DNA of 64,000 nt from Gonapodya sp. JEL0774 (Eukaryota). A program made the translations under genes and the position numbers. Position 1 is the first letter of the stretch; every line of letters starts with the position of its first letter. Positions 40,330 to 53,999 of this stretch are shown piece by piece. The stretch is taken from the NCBI GenBank assembly GCA_027604505.1, contig JADIIX010000103.1:1-64000 (forward strand), in the 5' to 3' direction. The notes beneath the pieces are model-generated. The model had not been told where the DNA came from. It saw nothing but the letters and a program-made list of their open reading frames with translations, and made no database searches.

Positions 40330-43300
40330 TTACTGCCCCTGTCTTGTTTGACCGTGCCCTTGTGACAAACCCGCAGCAGTAAGTATTGCTCCAACGTTGC
40401 CACCTAATCTTACAACCTCGGCCTTCAAAACGTCCACTTCCTGCTCTCTCCTCTGCGCCAAGGATCTGAGTCGTGACAATTCTCTCCGCAGCATCGCCGC
40501 TTCCTCGGCCGGCACAACAGGGGATAGGGCAGGGGAGCTCGGCCCCGCGGCTGGAACGGAACCCATAACGAGGGAACTGATGGAGCCAGCAGATAAAGTA
40601 GGGGAGTAACCTGCTGGTGCGCCCTGCGCAGACGCCAAGCTCGACAGAAGCTCCTCAAGGGCCCTGGCCTGTTCCCTATTTTGCTGCAGAAGCACCTCCA
40701 CCCTGTCGACTGTGGCTGTCCCTGGAGGAAACCTTCCACTACTAGTGCCTCCAACCACATGTGCAATTGGAGATGCCATCCCCCCTGCCGGTGGTCTGGT
40801 CATAGCAGCGGCTGTATTGGGCGGCGTACCAGAGCCTACGCTCTCGTCTGCCCGGTCCGTGACTGAGAACCTCCCCCTGCGAATCTCCTGCGGTGCGGAA
40901 GCCCCCTGCTGCGCGACGAGTGGAGGTGGGGAAGGCGCATTCGGGAGACCCACGTTATAAAGCGATGCAGAAGGGTATCCAGGTATGAGGTGGAGATGTG
41001 ATCCCGCCGCAGATAGACTGGACGAGAGAACACCTGCCGACGGGGGGCCGGCGGAAATAGCTGATAACGCGGGAGAAACCGACAATGGTGCTCCGTACAC
41101 CTGCCCACCGCCGTGTCCGGCATGTGTTGCAGGCGGACTGTCGGTCGGTGATGGTGGTGCAGTCTCCACGGTGAATCTTGATTTTTTCACCGGCTGCGGA
41201 TGCGCAGTCGCTACCGTCGACGAAGGGGACCTCCCGTGGCCCTGGCCTTGCCCTTGCCCTTGACCTTGCGTCGGTGCAGCAGGCCGCACTGGCATAGCCA
41301 ACCTAGACACGGGCGCTGGACTCGACGACCCGGACGATCCGGCAGACGCTGACCCCGCATGGCTTCTCGCCGCAGCCAACGGCGAAGTCGAAGAACCCCC
41401 GACCATATTCACACTCTGCGACGCCGCCACGGCCGCTTGAGGTGGCGACGCCCGTCCAGATGTGTCTGCCGACATCTTACCCGGAGGAAACTGATAATGC
41501 AACCCTGCTAACTGGCCCTGCCCTAACGGCGTCACTGTTATAGACGATGGAACTCCATCAACAGAGCTAGCCATGGAGCCCCGTCTCACCGACACGGAAT
41601 CTGCAGCAGTGGTGCTCACAGTGCTGGCTGAATCAGCGAACTCAACGTCAGATGGGGCGCGGGAGAGTGGTCGAATGGGAAGTTCTGAAGTGGATGTAAC
41701 GGTGGAAGGTGGGGAGGGCGGAGGAGCGTCATGGTCTGTAGATTTATTGCTGAAATCCCAAGAGACAGGCTGGAGGTCAGTAGGTGGCGGGGGTTTGGAC
41801 GGGCGGGACTCTGAGATGCGGGGCAGAACGGAGTAGACATAAATCAGGATGTCAGCACACCTGCCACATCTTCAAGTTCAAAGGCGCGGCTCGAACCTAC
41901 TCTTCGCCATCTGCCTCCTCTCAATCGGGGGCAACCCTTGCAGGATCTTCTCTCTCAAATACTGCGCCTTCCGTGCCCCTTTGAAAAAGCTATGCTGAAG
42001 CAATTTTTCTGCAGTAGGCCGTTTGGCGGGATCGCGTATGAGACACAGGTCGATGAGATCTTTGAAGACTCGAGAGTAACGATTCTTGGTGGAGGCGAGG
42101 TCGAGGGTGGGAGGTGCAGATTGGAGAGTGAGCATGAGGACCTGGGGATGCCGATGTGGAGAAGAATGTGCACGGTGAATCAAGTGTGTGGTGGCACTCG
42201 TAACCTTCCCCCAGTCCCCGCCTTGCACAAACATCTTTCCTTCCCAAAACGCACACTCCACAAACCACTTGAACCCCAACTCTCATGCACCATACCATTT
42301 CCATAAACGCATTGCCTGGCCACTCACTTTGATTGGCGGATACTTCGCGTACGGGGCCTGCCCCGTCGCTAGTTCCAAGCACGTTATTCCAAAACTCCAA
42401 ATGTCGGCCTTGAAGTCGTATCCTGATTGTTCCATAACTTCCTAGAAATGGAAACGGGGACGAATGCGGGGCAGCGGCAGAGGCAGTGCGAGTGAGTAGG
42501 GGATGGAGGAATAACAAGAACGGGAAGTGGGAGCCCATAAGTAGGGCCAGAGCATAGATTCCGCGAGACTTACAGGGGCCATCCAGCATGGTGTGCCGAC
42601 TGTTGCCATGAAGTGCAGAGCACGAGGTGAGAAGTAGTTTGTAAAATATCGTTGAATGTGATGGTGAGTCATCCCAAGAAAGAGCAGAACGGGGAAACGG
42701 CGCCAAGGTGGGGCGGCCAATTCAACAGGGGGCTGAGAATCAACACCGTAGACTCCACCACCATGGAAAATGAGGGGGTTCCAGCTTCTGTCCCCCCTCC
42801 CTCAGCTTGCAACAGCAACGCCAACGAAATTTTCAAAAAATCTTCCTTGCACCCACTCGCACTCATATCCCCCACATAATGGCGCCCGTGAATCAATAAA
42901 TAAACATAATACTCTTCTCTCTCCAACCCGAATCCCTCGAAGAGCTTGCCCCCTGTACCCTCAGACCACTCACCAAACGTCTTACGCATAGCCTTTCTAT
43001 CTCCATTATCTGTCAAGCTCGAGCTTACTCCGAAATCCGCCAATTGCACTCCGCCTTCCTCATCCACCAACAAATTTCCCGCCTTAATATCTCTATGAAT
43101 GAGCCCACTCTTGTGCAGATACTCAAGTCCTTGTAGCGCTTGTTTCATTATCGTGGCAATCACGGATTCTTCGAATCCGGTGGTGTGGTTGAACTTGAGA
43201 ATATCGAGGACGGAACCGGGACTAAGGTAGGGGGTGACAATATGCAGGCGAGAATCGGAGACGAAGGAGGTGTAGACCGGGAGGAGGTTAGGGTGTTTGG

Positions 43301-44128
43301 AGAGCGACATGGTTTGGATCTCGCGCTATAGGGCAGGTAATGTGGTGCGGAGGTGTGGTGAAAGTCGTAAGGTATTTAGGTGGTGGGGACGTTTTGGAGC
43401 AGGTTGATAATGGTGACGGTGAGGGAAGAAAGTGGTGGACAGGGACGAACCATGGTGAGGTGACGGGGGTTAAGGGTGGAAGAAGGTAGAGCAAGAAGCG
43501 GAGTCAGCGACGAGACAGAAAACATCACTATCCAGGCGAGCAGAAGAGTGCAGTCCAGTTTCGGTGCGTGGACGTGAGATGTGTGGCTTGTCCCGACCAT
43601 CGAATGGCCGTTCTTCGAGTCCCCCACACCATTGAATCCGGTCCGTGACTAAGTCCAGGCAATCGACAATCTTGTTGGTGTGCGTACGGCAACTGGAGAC
43701 CGGTGACAGCAGTGACGCCATCCCAATTCACGAAAACGGGACTGCCCACATCACTCCAAACGCACCCTCAATTCCTCGATCTGTCCGCGTTCAAACATAT
43801 CCAGCTCAATAACCTTGACGGCAACATCTCGTACGGATGGCAGATAGAGAGCTTTGTAAACGACAGCGGATGAACCATAACCAATGGGAGTCTGTTCGAA
43901 TTTGTAGTCTTGTATGTTTTTCGAAAAGTCCGAGAGAGGGGAGAGATTTTGCAACGAATTTTGAGTTGATGGAGGCGAAGAGGAGAGGAAAGAGGCGACG
44001 GGAGATTTTGAGAGCATTTGCGGGGCAAATGGGTTGGTGATTGAGCTGGTGGATGAAGAGGGCAACTTGTTCTGAGCGGAATCGATGGGAGCCGACTCGC
44101 AGGGAGACACCACGGAGCTCGTTTCCAT
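40330..44128 (-). CDS. STE20-family kinase, OSR1/SPAK (Fray, GCK-VI) type
   Basis: [90 protein letters not shown]; low-complexity tail and terminal coiled coil. Confidence 0.9.
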
Positions 44129-45555
44129 CACGCGTCAGAAACGCGGGGGCGGGCGCGGACCGGAGTCCCGCGGATGAAAGTGAAAGAAGAATCAGAAGGG
44201 GTAAGTGGAGTTTGGAACCAAAACAGCAAACTGAATCTGCCCATTATCGTTCCTGTCGCACCACATGACAAACGAGTGGACTGTGCCAACTTCAGGATAC
44301 ACAGAGTGGTAATTTACCTTTCGCTTCCACTGGCATAAAGCAGGAAATTTTGCCACTACTGCCGATCACGCTACTGCTGCCGAACACGTCAAACTGAGTG
44401 GAGTAGACGCAATCTAAATGTATGAGGTCAGATATGTGGCATATATGTTGTCTGTTTTACAAGCAAGTGTACAGACAGTACATAAAGGGCCTGGCCTGAA
44501 TGGCTGGGGTCCTGGCATCAACCCACCCACTGCCATCATTATCACCGGGTGTGATCCCGGTTCACCCGCACTCTGCTCGTTCTCAGAGCGAAATCCAAAG
44601 ACGATCACTCGATTCTCTCTTGCTGGGCGCTTTTGGCTTTCACCCAGTCGGCTGGTTCACACTCCTTCGCCCGTCATCTGCAGATCCTGCGATCCCCCTT
44701 CGCTTCCAAAACGACTTGGCACTCCTCAAATTCCTCGCTACTCCCTCAGCGCTCAATTGGCTCGCTGTCTTCCTCCCCTCCCCCGATCTCTCAAATCGGC
44801 TTCTCCCCCTATTCTTCATTGGGAGCGTGCCTCAACCAATACTCTCCCTCTGCATTGCAGATTTCATCCTTACCTTGACCATTGAATTTGTCCTTTGTAT
44901 ATCCTACGTTCTTTGTAGGTGACTTGATGATGGGGGATGATCGGTCTTGGCAGTCATGTCATGCGAGCAGCAGGAATCGGCACCAGACTTGCCCCCCTGG
45001 ATTCACGGAACCACGGATACCCCAGTGGCTTTTACGGACACCTTTAAATGCTTGAATTGAACGGCCGGAGAAGCCGAATCGCTTCCCTCGGTGTCCATGG
45101 CTTTGGAATCGTTATTCCACAGCGTGCTCCCAACGCGCACGTACAAGCCACTGTGCTCCTCTACAGTGTGCCGTTCCCTTTACCATGGATGGCTCGTTTG
45201 TTTGGAGATAACAGTCATTCTGGAACGAATGGAACCGCAAGTCTTGGGAGTGTGTGACACCTGCAATAGGTTGAGAGAACATGGGCATCGCACATGTATT
45301 CTGGCGAACTTGGCAATTAGTGTGGTGCTCGTGGCCACCAGTGTCTTCAAGTCGTATGACGGTTTGGACGTGCACTGGTCTGGACAAACAGGAACTACAA
45401 GAGCAGGAAGGAGAAACCTGGAGGACGCGCATTCACTTGATTGCAGCTATTATGGGTCCCCTTTCTAGCGTCGTGTATATTCGGGGTTCCTCGCTTCTAC
45501 TAACAGAACGCTCGTCTCCCTACCTCCACCTCACCCCTTCCTACTCTAGCCCGAC

Positions 45556-48500
45556 ATGGCCACCCGCCGCCCGTCCCTCTTTCCATCCTCCAAAGGCGCC
45601 CCATCGCCACTTGCGCCACTCTCCCTCGCTGATCCGTTAAATCTGAAACCTACGTTGTCCGCTGCTCGCCATTTCTCCGATCCCGCGAGTCCGTCCACCA
45701 TCGTAGGTGTTGATTTAGATGGCGACACCAGTAGTACGCCTCTTTCCCTTGTGGGCCTTAGTATGAAGTTTGGGACAGGCGCAGGAGGACTAGTAGACCG
45801 CGCGCTGGATTACTTGCCCACAAGCCCCACCACCGAGTCGGAGATGGAGACAGAAGAAGACAGGCAGAGGAGAGAATTGGCAGAGGAGGAGGGTGGGTCT
45901 ATGGATGGGGAGTCGGACGATGGTGGGATGCTGGGGAGCGTCACGGATGTGCATCACGGTGGACAAGAGGGACACGGGGCTGCTGGTGGCGCACACGGGT
46001 TGCTAAAAATGGCAGTGTTGTCGAACAGCAAAAACAAGGGGCAGGGCTCTGGTGTACCCCAGGACAGCGGGAGTCGCAGAGGAAGTGGCGATTCAAGCGG
46101 GGCCAAGGATGTGCGGAACAAACGTGATACCAACCAGATGGTATGGGATCCACCTCCGTTGCCGTCTCAGGGACGCGAAAATGGCGGCAACGACCAACCT
46201 GTGCTCGCTCACCGGGCGTCGAATGAAGAACAAGACTTGGCCAGCAAAGACGAAGACGAGCGAGATGAGTTTGGTCGCGTTATTTCACCGACAACTGCCA
46301 CCACGCTTTCTCCTCCCGAAATGAATGACGTCAGCGGCGTCAGTCCCGACTGCGTTGCCCCTGCCCCGAGCTCCGCCCCAAACTTCATGGTGACAACTTT
46401 CCCGTCAATCACCTCCAACACATCATCACCACCCCTTTCTGCCTCGCCCACGCCCAACTCGCTTCCTACTGCCCTCCCTTCTACCATCTCCCGCCATAAC
46501 TCTCTCCTCCCGTCCGTCGCAGCCGCCCCAACAACCCTCGTCGCTTCCCTCGCCAATTCTGACCACTCCACCACAGCCCGCGTCATCTTATCCATATCTC
46601 ACCATCCGTCCAGATATGTAGCAGCATTTGAATCCAGCTCGGCGAACTCAGTTTTGCAAGCACTCTGCGAAAAGAATACGCGGGAAGGAATCAGGGTAGC
46701 GGCGGAGGTTGTGCACATCCAAACGAGGGAGAGGGTGGCGAGGGGAAGTGTGGGCGGTGGAACAATCAATAGGAGCTCGCTTGGAGGAACCTTGGGCTTG
46801 GTTGGAGGAACCTTGGGGCATAGGCTCAGTATTACCAGTGAAGCGGTTGGACCAATAGGTGGTTCGGGCGCCGCTGTTCAGTTTGGGGTGGCAAGTTTGC
46901 CCTGGATGTTCTATGTGGCCATGCTCAGGAACCCCGACATACATTTCTCTCGTGAGGCACGATTGGCGTTGTGTGATGCACTATTGTCATCACGGTTACC
47001 TATGGATGTGGACAAGTGTCTCAAGTTGATTGCCTCAATACCCAGAGATCAGTGGGATCGCGAGACCTATACTCGTGCGGTACAAGTTAATCTCCAAAAA
47101 CGCCCTCGAGATTTTAATAGGGCTGCACGCCTGGCCGCGGACTACGGCCTCACCATGGTGGTGGTTGAGGGTGAATCTCGGGGCACTTCGCGATTTGTAA
47201 GCACGCCTCTGGTGGCCGGGGCCAGTGACCAGGATAGAAAGAATATGTGGAGGTTGTATGAAGAAGGTGCGAGGCAGGTGAAGTGGGAGGACAGTTTATC
47301 GAGGTACGTGGGGTTGAGGGACTTGGTGCAGAGAGGAGACAGTGGGCTTGGTGGGATGTCTAGACGAGGGTCCTCGACGAGCTTTGGAGCGGGTGCCCCA
47401 GGAGCAGCAGGGTGGGGGGTGTCGATGAAGACGTTTTCGGGGAATGAAAAGGCAGGTGCAACTGGCGGTGCATCGAATTCAGCGAGTCCAAGTCAGAGTC
47501 AGCCGGCCAGGGGACGTTCGACCAGTGAATCACCACCCGCAGAAACGGCTAGTCCAATCCACCAACAACCCGCTTCGCCTCCATCCCGCCGTTCCTCTAA
47601 CGCGGGTGATCAAAAAAATCCGTCGGGGAATCTTGAAACAGGCAGCTCTGCCAGCCTCCAAGCTCGTTCTGGGAAGCTTCCGGACCTTGATAACGCGATG
47701 ATGGAAGTGTGTCACTCGTTTGGAAAATGGGATAAGGCCTGGGAGATATTTCAGAACATGGGGATCTTTGATAGACATACACCAGGAATTGTGGTGACGG
47801 TTTGTCGGAGAGTGAGTTCGTTTGTCTGATTGTTGTCTGTGTATGGCTCTTCGTGGGTGGTACTGGAGCAGATGGCTGATAATTGTGGTTTGTGTGTCTA
47901 CTTTTATTGACCTGCGTCCGGGACACTGGCCTTCCCCATCCACACGACTCTCCGGCCATTGTACCCCTCCAATATTGTTGCTGCCCTCCGACCTTTGCTT
48001 CACACTCCAACGTCTCATTGCGCTATTCACTGCTCGCAACGAAAACCGTCTTTGCTTCCGACAATGATTTGATGCTACATCTTACGCGCTCTCAGGCATT
48101 CAATGAAACCGACCCTCAAACGAACCCCGAGACCCGCAAACAGTGGGAAGACCGGGCATGGTTCGTGTACACCAAGGTCCTTGCTCGGAGGGAAAGTCTC
48201 GCGATGCAGGATTCGTCGGTGAGGTTTATGTTGCATGAATTATTTGAGATTGTAAGTTGCTGAGGAGAGCGGACGACGATGATTTGATTTGACATTGTTG
48301 TGGTAATTTTGTAGCTATGCGATTCACTAGAGACGAAGAATCGTTTCAGCAAAGTGATGAGTGTCTCACGGGTATGTTGGTTGGGTGGCGATCCCCTTTA
48401 CCGCAGGTGTCCGGTGACGTGTTTCACGCTCTGTTTTGCACATTTTAGGAGTACCCCGACGTTCTCAACAATCTACGCGACGAGTATCTTGCCCGGCCAA

Positions 48501-49240
48501 TCTTCCGAATATGTCTCTCAGCGCTCGAATCAGAACTATCGAAGTTCCCCGGAGGAGTACTGGGCGCACGGACACCACCAAAAAACTGCGTGGAAATTTG
48601 CAGCAAGGCCTTTGAAATTTATGCGGGTGTGAGACAGACCTTCGTGTTTGGGAACCGCAGGACCAAAAAGTGCAATCTGAACACATACGCGATGTTGCTG
48701 GATATGTGCACAAAGATCAGCGATTTACCCCACATGTCTATTGTGCTACAGGATTTGTGGGATGCAAAGGTCGAACTTGAAGTTGGATTGCTGCAGGTGG
48801 GTGGCACTTCCCCAGAGATCTGCGTTCCCAACTTCTGTCATATCTCCCCGACAACCTCCCAGCCCCTCCAAGAGATCCACGACGACATTCTCTGCGGTGA
48901 TGATGACGAGTGTCAATTCACTGATGTTCTCTACCACCCAATCCGCCGACGAAACGGCTCCATAGCAGGGTCTGCCGCCAATTCCGCGCGAGATGTCTCA
49001 GCCGCAAATTCGAGTGGGGACGATGCAGCTAAAACCATCCGACAGGTCTTGCCAGTATACGCGGACCACCCGGAAGCAAAGAAACTGCTCAAGCATGCAG
49101 TGAAGCGAGCTTCCATGTTGGCCGCCAGGATGCAGAAGGCGACGGATGTGGGAGGCCCGGGAGGCCCTGGTGGTCCAGCCGGCAAGGTGGATGCTGCGAA
49201 ATCTCGAGGAAGTGGTATTAGAGGAATGTTAGGATGGTAG
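45556..49240 (+). CDS. Large protein with low-complexity N-terminus and degenerate PPR-like helical repeats
   Basis: 757-aa first exon plus further exons; PPR-like helices DNAMMEVCHSFGKWDKAWEIFQNM, AFEIYAGV, NLNTYAMLLDMCTKISDLPHMSIVLQDL. Confidence 0.6.
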
Positions 49241-49469
49241 AGTGACCGCTGATTATTGCATCGTAGTGTCTGTGAGAGACATCGGAGCACCGCGTCGGTG
49301 GCTAGGAGGGTGCACATATTGTATGGTGGCTTACATTGTCTTGCTGAAATATGATATCTTCAGTTTTTTACTATCATGTTTCGCCATGGGGCTCATTATA
49401 CGTCGGATCAGGGCACACCGAAACAGGGCACTGGTACACGGGCGGATTTCTTTCTGTGTCGATTAGCCC

Positions 49470-52223
49470 CTACACGATTATCTCCACTCTCCTCACCCCA
49501 CCTGGCCCGATAATCCACACAGTTCCAGTACCGCCGGTCCACCTTCCATGACCTCCTGCTGCTAGAACCCCGGGGTGCTCCCCAACCAATCTACCCCCTC
49601 GATCTACATTTAAAGCAGCAATCTTCCTTCCCCATCCGCCAGCATATGCTTCCAGAACGCCCCTCCCTGGTAAATAAACGAGCAACACTACCACCTTGGC
49701 CCTCGGATCGATATCCACTCCCAATTCTACGGAAGTCCACGCACACTGCGCGCCTCGAGCGCCCTTTACCATCCCACGGGCTTCCCCTGAGTCTAGGTCG
49801 AATATGCTAATACGGCCAAGAGAGTCCGCGAGCGCGGCGAGTCGTGTGCGGCCTGTGAGAGGGCATGGAGGGGCAGGGTAGATAGTGTGGATGGCGCGAC
49901 GATTGTCAGGGAGGTGAAGGACCGGGACAGGAGGGGGCGGTGGAGCGGCAGGATCTACGGGAGTAGCGGACGGAGAGATAGTGGGGCGGAAGAGAGACGC
50001 TGCAATCGAGGTAAGGCGGGTTGCATAGGAGGAGATAGATGTTGCTGGGATCGGGTGAGATGGGTCGGGGGTCGCAAACTAGCCGAGGCGATGGATCGAT
50101 CCTCAAACGTTCTAGATTTCACACATTCCAAACACACAACTCACTACCGCAACCGTTGGGTTCTGCCCCACAGCCAAGTATCGCACAAAATATCCCTGCC
50201 CATTTCCGTACCTTCCTTGCCGGTTTTGATGTTGATGCTGGTGATTGTGTCGTGCCGGATCTGCAAGAGGAGGAGTATAATATGTGATTGGAGACGGCCC
50301 TGCGAAGCCGAAAGCATCGGCGAACGAGCGAGCACTTGATTCTTCTTCTCTGCGATAAAGCAACACATAGACTTACCACAAGCAATAACATCAGCCACAT
50401 CACTGGCCTGTACTGATTGCAATCCCACCCTATACCATCTTACTCCACCCTCACCTGCCAGAGTACCATTTGCATAACCCGCTACAGCCATACGCACTGC
50501 AACCCAGAGCGACGTCCCATCCACGACGGAGAGCCGCGAGGAAGTGTGTAGAGCAAGAATGGTATCATTGTCTGGAAGGACTTGACTTGGCGGCGTGATC
50601 GCTGGATCAGAGGAAAGTGGGACGGGCGAGAGAAGTGTCGATGGATGTGGAGGGCGGTGGCGGAGACGAAGGATGGGGGAGGAAAGGAGGGTGACAGTAA
50701 TAAGAGGGACACAGGTCTAGAACAGGTGCGTTAAGATTTTTGCTGCAGGTTTCTAGTCTGACAACGACGGTTCACACAACGTACTTCGGAGTACACCACG
50801 AGCGAACCGGATGCGTGTCCGACCAAAACACAGGTTACAGCCGGTGCACCTCTTTCAATAATCGCAAATATTCCGGATATGTAGCATAAGTGTCATGAAC
50901 GCGCGCGAAAAACATGATAGGAATCGATTACACAATCTCTCACCGTGCAGTGGGCGAGAAGAAGGGGAGAGCCAGTACTGCTGTGTAGCGGTCACTTTAG
51001 AAAATGTGAACTATGCGTGAGGTCATTTAGAGGCACAAGTGGTGCACACGGTGATATCGAGGAGTCATGAAAGAGTTCCGTCCGTCTCTTGATGGCCGAT
51101 GCGGCGAGGCCACCATGGAGCTCCTTTGATGAACTATAACTCACCCCTGAGGCACTTTGGCTCTACCCCGAATGACCCATTCCACCTTTTCCGCCTCCCC
51201 TATCCTACCCATTACTACCATCGTATGTTCATCTGCCATGACCCACGCACCTCCACGATCTGCCACAGACATAAGTGATGTTGCAAAATTCGAAGCGGTG
51301 GCAGTGGAGAAGGCCACATGAGGTGGATGGAAAGGGGATGCGAGCAAACGTGCCGGAGAAGTAGAATTCGAGGCGGACGGCGAGGACGAGCGCCGAGGGG
51401 GCACGGAGGAGGGAGGGTCATCATCCTGAGAATGGTAGTGAGATGAGTGCCTCATACATTCTTGGATACGTTCATTTCCAGAATGGCTTAGACAAGTCGG
51501 CTTCTCAATACTGCATGCGATAAGTAGGTGAGTTCAAGTTCGCGGTGCCACCAGCATGTCGAAGTACTTCTTGTCATTCCCTATCCACTCAAGCTTTGTG
51601 TTCCGCAATGTTTTCGGCGTGCACCAGAGATCTATGCGCCAGTTATACAGCGTAATGTCCCAGATCTTGCTGTTCCGACTACAATCGTTCCCTTTCATCG
51701 CAGGAGCGGATGTCCCAACATTAAGCCAATACGACAGGAGCACGGTGGTGTTTCACATCGCCACCGATGAAAAGTGTCTCAGTGGAGATAAAAATATGAG
51801 TTCCGTGAAGTATCGTGCAAATGACCATGATGCAGATTCAGATTCTTGAACAGTCGGAGTCTCCTTGTCAACCGGAGCCGCCTGAACACGCACCCATTCA
51901 CCCCAATCCTCGTCAACGTCCCAGCCATTGGTGTTCTGGACAGCGGCACCATCCGAACTCGTTGAATGTGTCGAATGGTGCGACGTTTTGCCGGATTCCA
52001 CCATGGCACCTAAAGGTCTGTGATTATTATCTCTATCAGCGATTCTTACTCCATCCAAGATCTCCGTGCTGGAACCGAAGAGAAAATCGGTGACTTCGCT
52101 TGGTAGGGTTTCTGGTGCGTCGATCCGCAACAAACGTGCTGAAGATGAGGTTGATTTCGGTGAAGTTGCCGACAAACTCGATGCCATTGCTGTCGGTGGA
52201 GGGACGGAGAGCGAGGTGGTCAT
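49470..52223 (-). CDS. Rab3 GTPase-activating protein non-catalytic subunit, N-terminal domain only (RAB3GAP2_N)
   Basis: Last exon: LPDNRRAIHTIYPAP..LAALADSLGRISIFDLDSGEARGMVKGARGAQCAW..LLVYLPGRGVLEAY..GRKIAALNV. Exon 1: EVTDFLFG...WDVDEDWGEW, resembling the metazoan N-terminus. Internal exon structure only partly resolved. Confidence 0.78.
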
Positions 52224-52321
52224 GGTGGGAATGTAATTGTAAATAAACGGATGGTATGATGGCAATAGGAGGATTACATTCGATCAAAACGATCACTCAT
52301 TATTCTTCGTCAACCTGCAAC

Positions 52322-53834
52322 ATGGAATTGCCCATCGCCGGACAGGCGACGCTAATTAGTCAAGGCGCAGAGGCAGTGAGTTTCATCTTCGTGCTTTTGC
52401 TTGTTTCGTCATTTGTGCGCGCCATTTCGAGTGTTCCGTCTTCACCCAACTAAAATCTCGATGCCGCGACCTGATTTTTGTGATTTTTCTATCCTTTGAA
52501 TAGTGTGTCTACCGTCTCAATTGGCTGCCTACATTCTTCCCTCAATCATCGTATTCGACACCCAACACGGCAATTGCAAAACATCGTCAGCCGAAACCTT
52601 ACCGCCACCCTACTCTTGACGGCCGGCTCACTCCTCGGCGTCTCCTTACTGAAGCTCGCTGTCTCGCACGGCTTGCCCGTGCCCGTGTGGACGTACCCCA
52701 ACTGTACTTGGTCGACACCGAGGGTGGTATAATGTACATGGAGGACGTGGCAGGAACAACCGCAAAAGAAGTTTTGTGGGCAGCCAGAGCCAGTGTGAGT
52801 AGCTTACAAGCTTGAAGATGGGAAATGTTTGTATGACTGCAACTGTGATTTAAAACGGCTACAGGGAAACGGCTCCTCAACTCCTTCTACCACCATTCAT
52901 TCGCTCTCCGCTCTTGCCGAAGAGATTGGACGAGCTGTCGCGCGTATGCACGCTGCAGAAGTCGTACATGGCGATCTTACCACCTCCAACATGATTGTCC
53001 GCTCTTCCTTGAGTTCTTCTCGTCAAACCGATGGGACAACATCAACTCTCCCTTTCATGCGTGTGTGCCTTATTGATTTCGGCCTGGCTTATGTCAGCAA
53101 TCTCATTGAGGACCGAGCTGTGGACTTGTACGTGCTCAAACGCGCTATGTTGAGCACGCACCCGGAGGCGGGTAATGTGGTACGTGATGGTTTGGAACTT
53201 TGCGGAGGTTGATGTCTGGAGAAATGATGAGAGGGGGAGTTATGAGGTGCACTGGCGGAAAGCAAGCGTCGGAAAGGTTGTGAGGTTATTGCCCGGAAAG
53301 GGGGCTAGGAAGCGCTATCGTATGGAATTGAGGGACAAGTGGCAGATTGGGACAGAAAACGGCAACACCGACAGACCGACCATGCTGACCTGATTTCTCG
53401 GAGCGAAAGTCAGATGCCATTTATGCACAAGCGCTTCCTGGTGTGGGTTTTGTCAAATGAGGAGGATGGCTTTTTTGAGCGTTCGATGGTCAAGGGTCGC
53501 CGTGTTCCATCTCACTGTCCTTTCAAACCATTCCTGAACGCGAAGTTCGACGAAATTCTCTCTGCATATGAGGCTGAAGCACCACAAGGTAGTGTGGTTG
53601 TGAAGCAAATGGCGGAAGGTGCGTTCAGGCTGTACTTTTGTTCAGAATTCGGACGGGGAGAATCACGGCGTCGACATGGAATATTGTGTTCAATGACGGA
53701 GGAGTGACATGGCTGCATTAGCGAGACGCTTCTTCTCATGCCACTTTCCCCACATGGTCTCTATTATCTCGTTCTATCTGTCGCGACACGGTTCAGTTGA
53801 GAGCCGCGGCCGAAAACGGTCCATGGTCGGTTAG
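52322..53834 (+). CDS. BUD32: KEOPS complex kinase Bud32/TP53RK
   Basis: LISQGAEA, KPYRHPTLD, EARCL, VVHGDLTTSN, LIDFGL, EDRAVDLYVL, C-terminal RGRKRSMVG*. Confidence 0.95.
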
Positions 53835-53999
53835 AGCCAACAAACGCCGACGTGCATTCAGTACTGCCCCTTGCCAGTTACCCGTCATCCATCTCTGGTT
53901 GGCTCATCTTGCTCCCCGAAACTCGATTTTTGATTATGGCGGAAGAGTTGTGGAGATTCGATTGGGTACATATGATTTTCTGCAACACACCACCCTGTG

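Noticed and set aside
44270..45550. Several 60-155 aa ORFs between the kinase and the PPR-like gene
   Set aside because: No recognisable motifs; more likely divergent promoter, 5' UTR and UTR introns
51430..51890. ORFs inside the long first intron of RAB3GAP2-N
   Set aside because: Short and motif-free; no snoRNA box pair or terminal repeats that I could support
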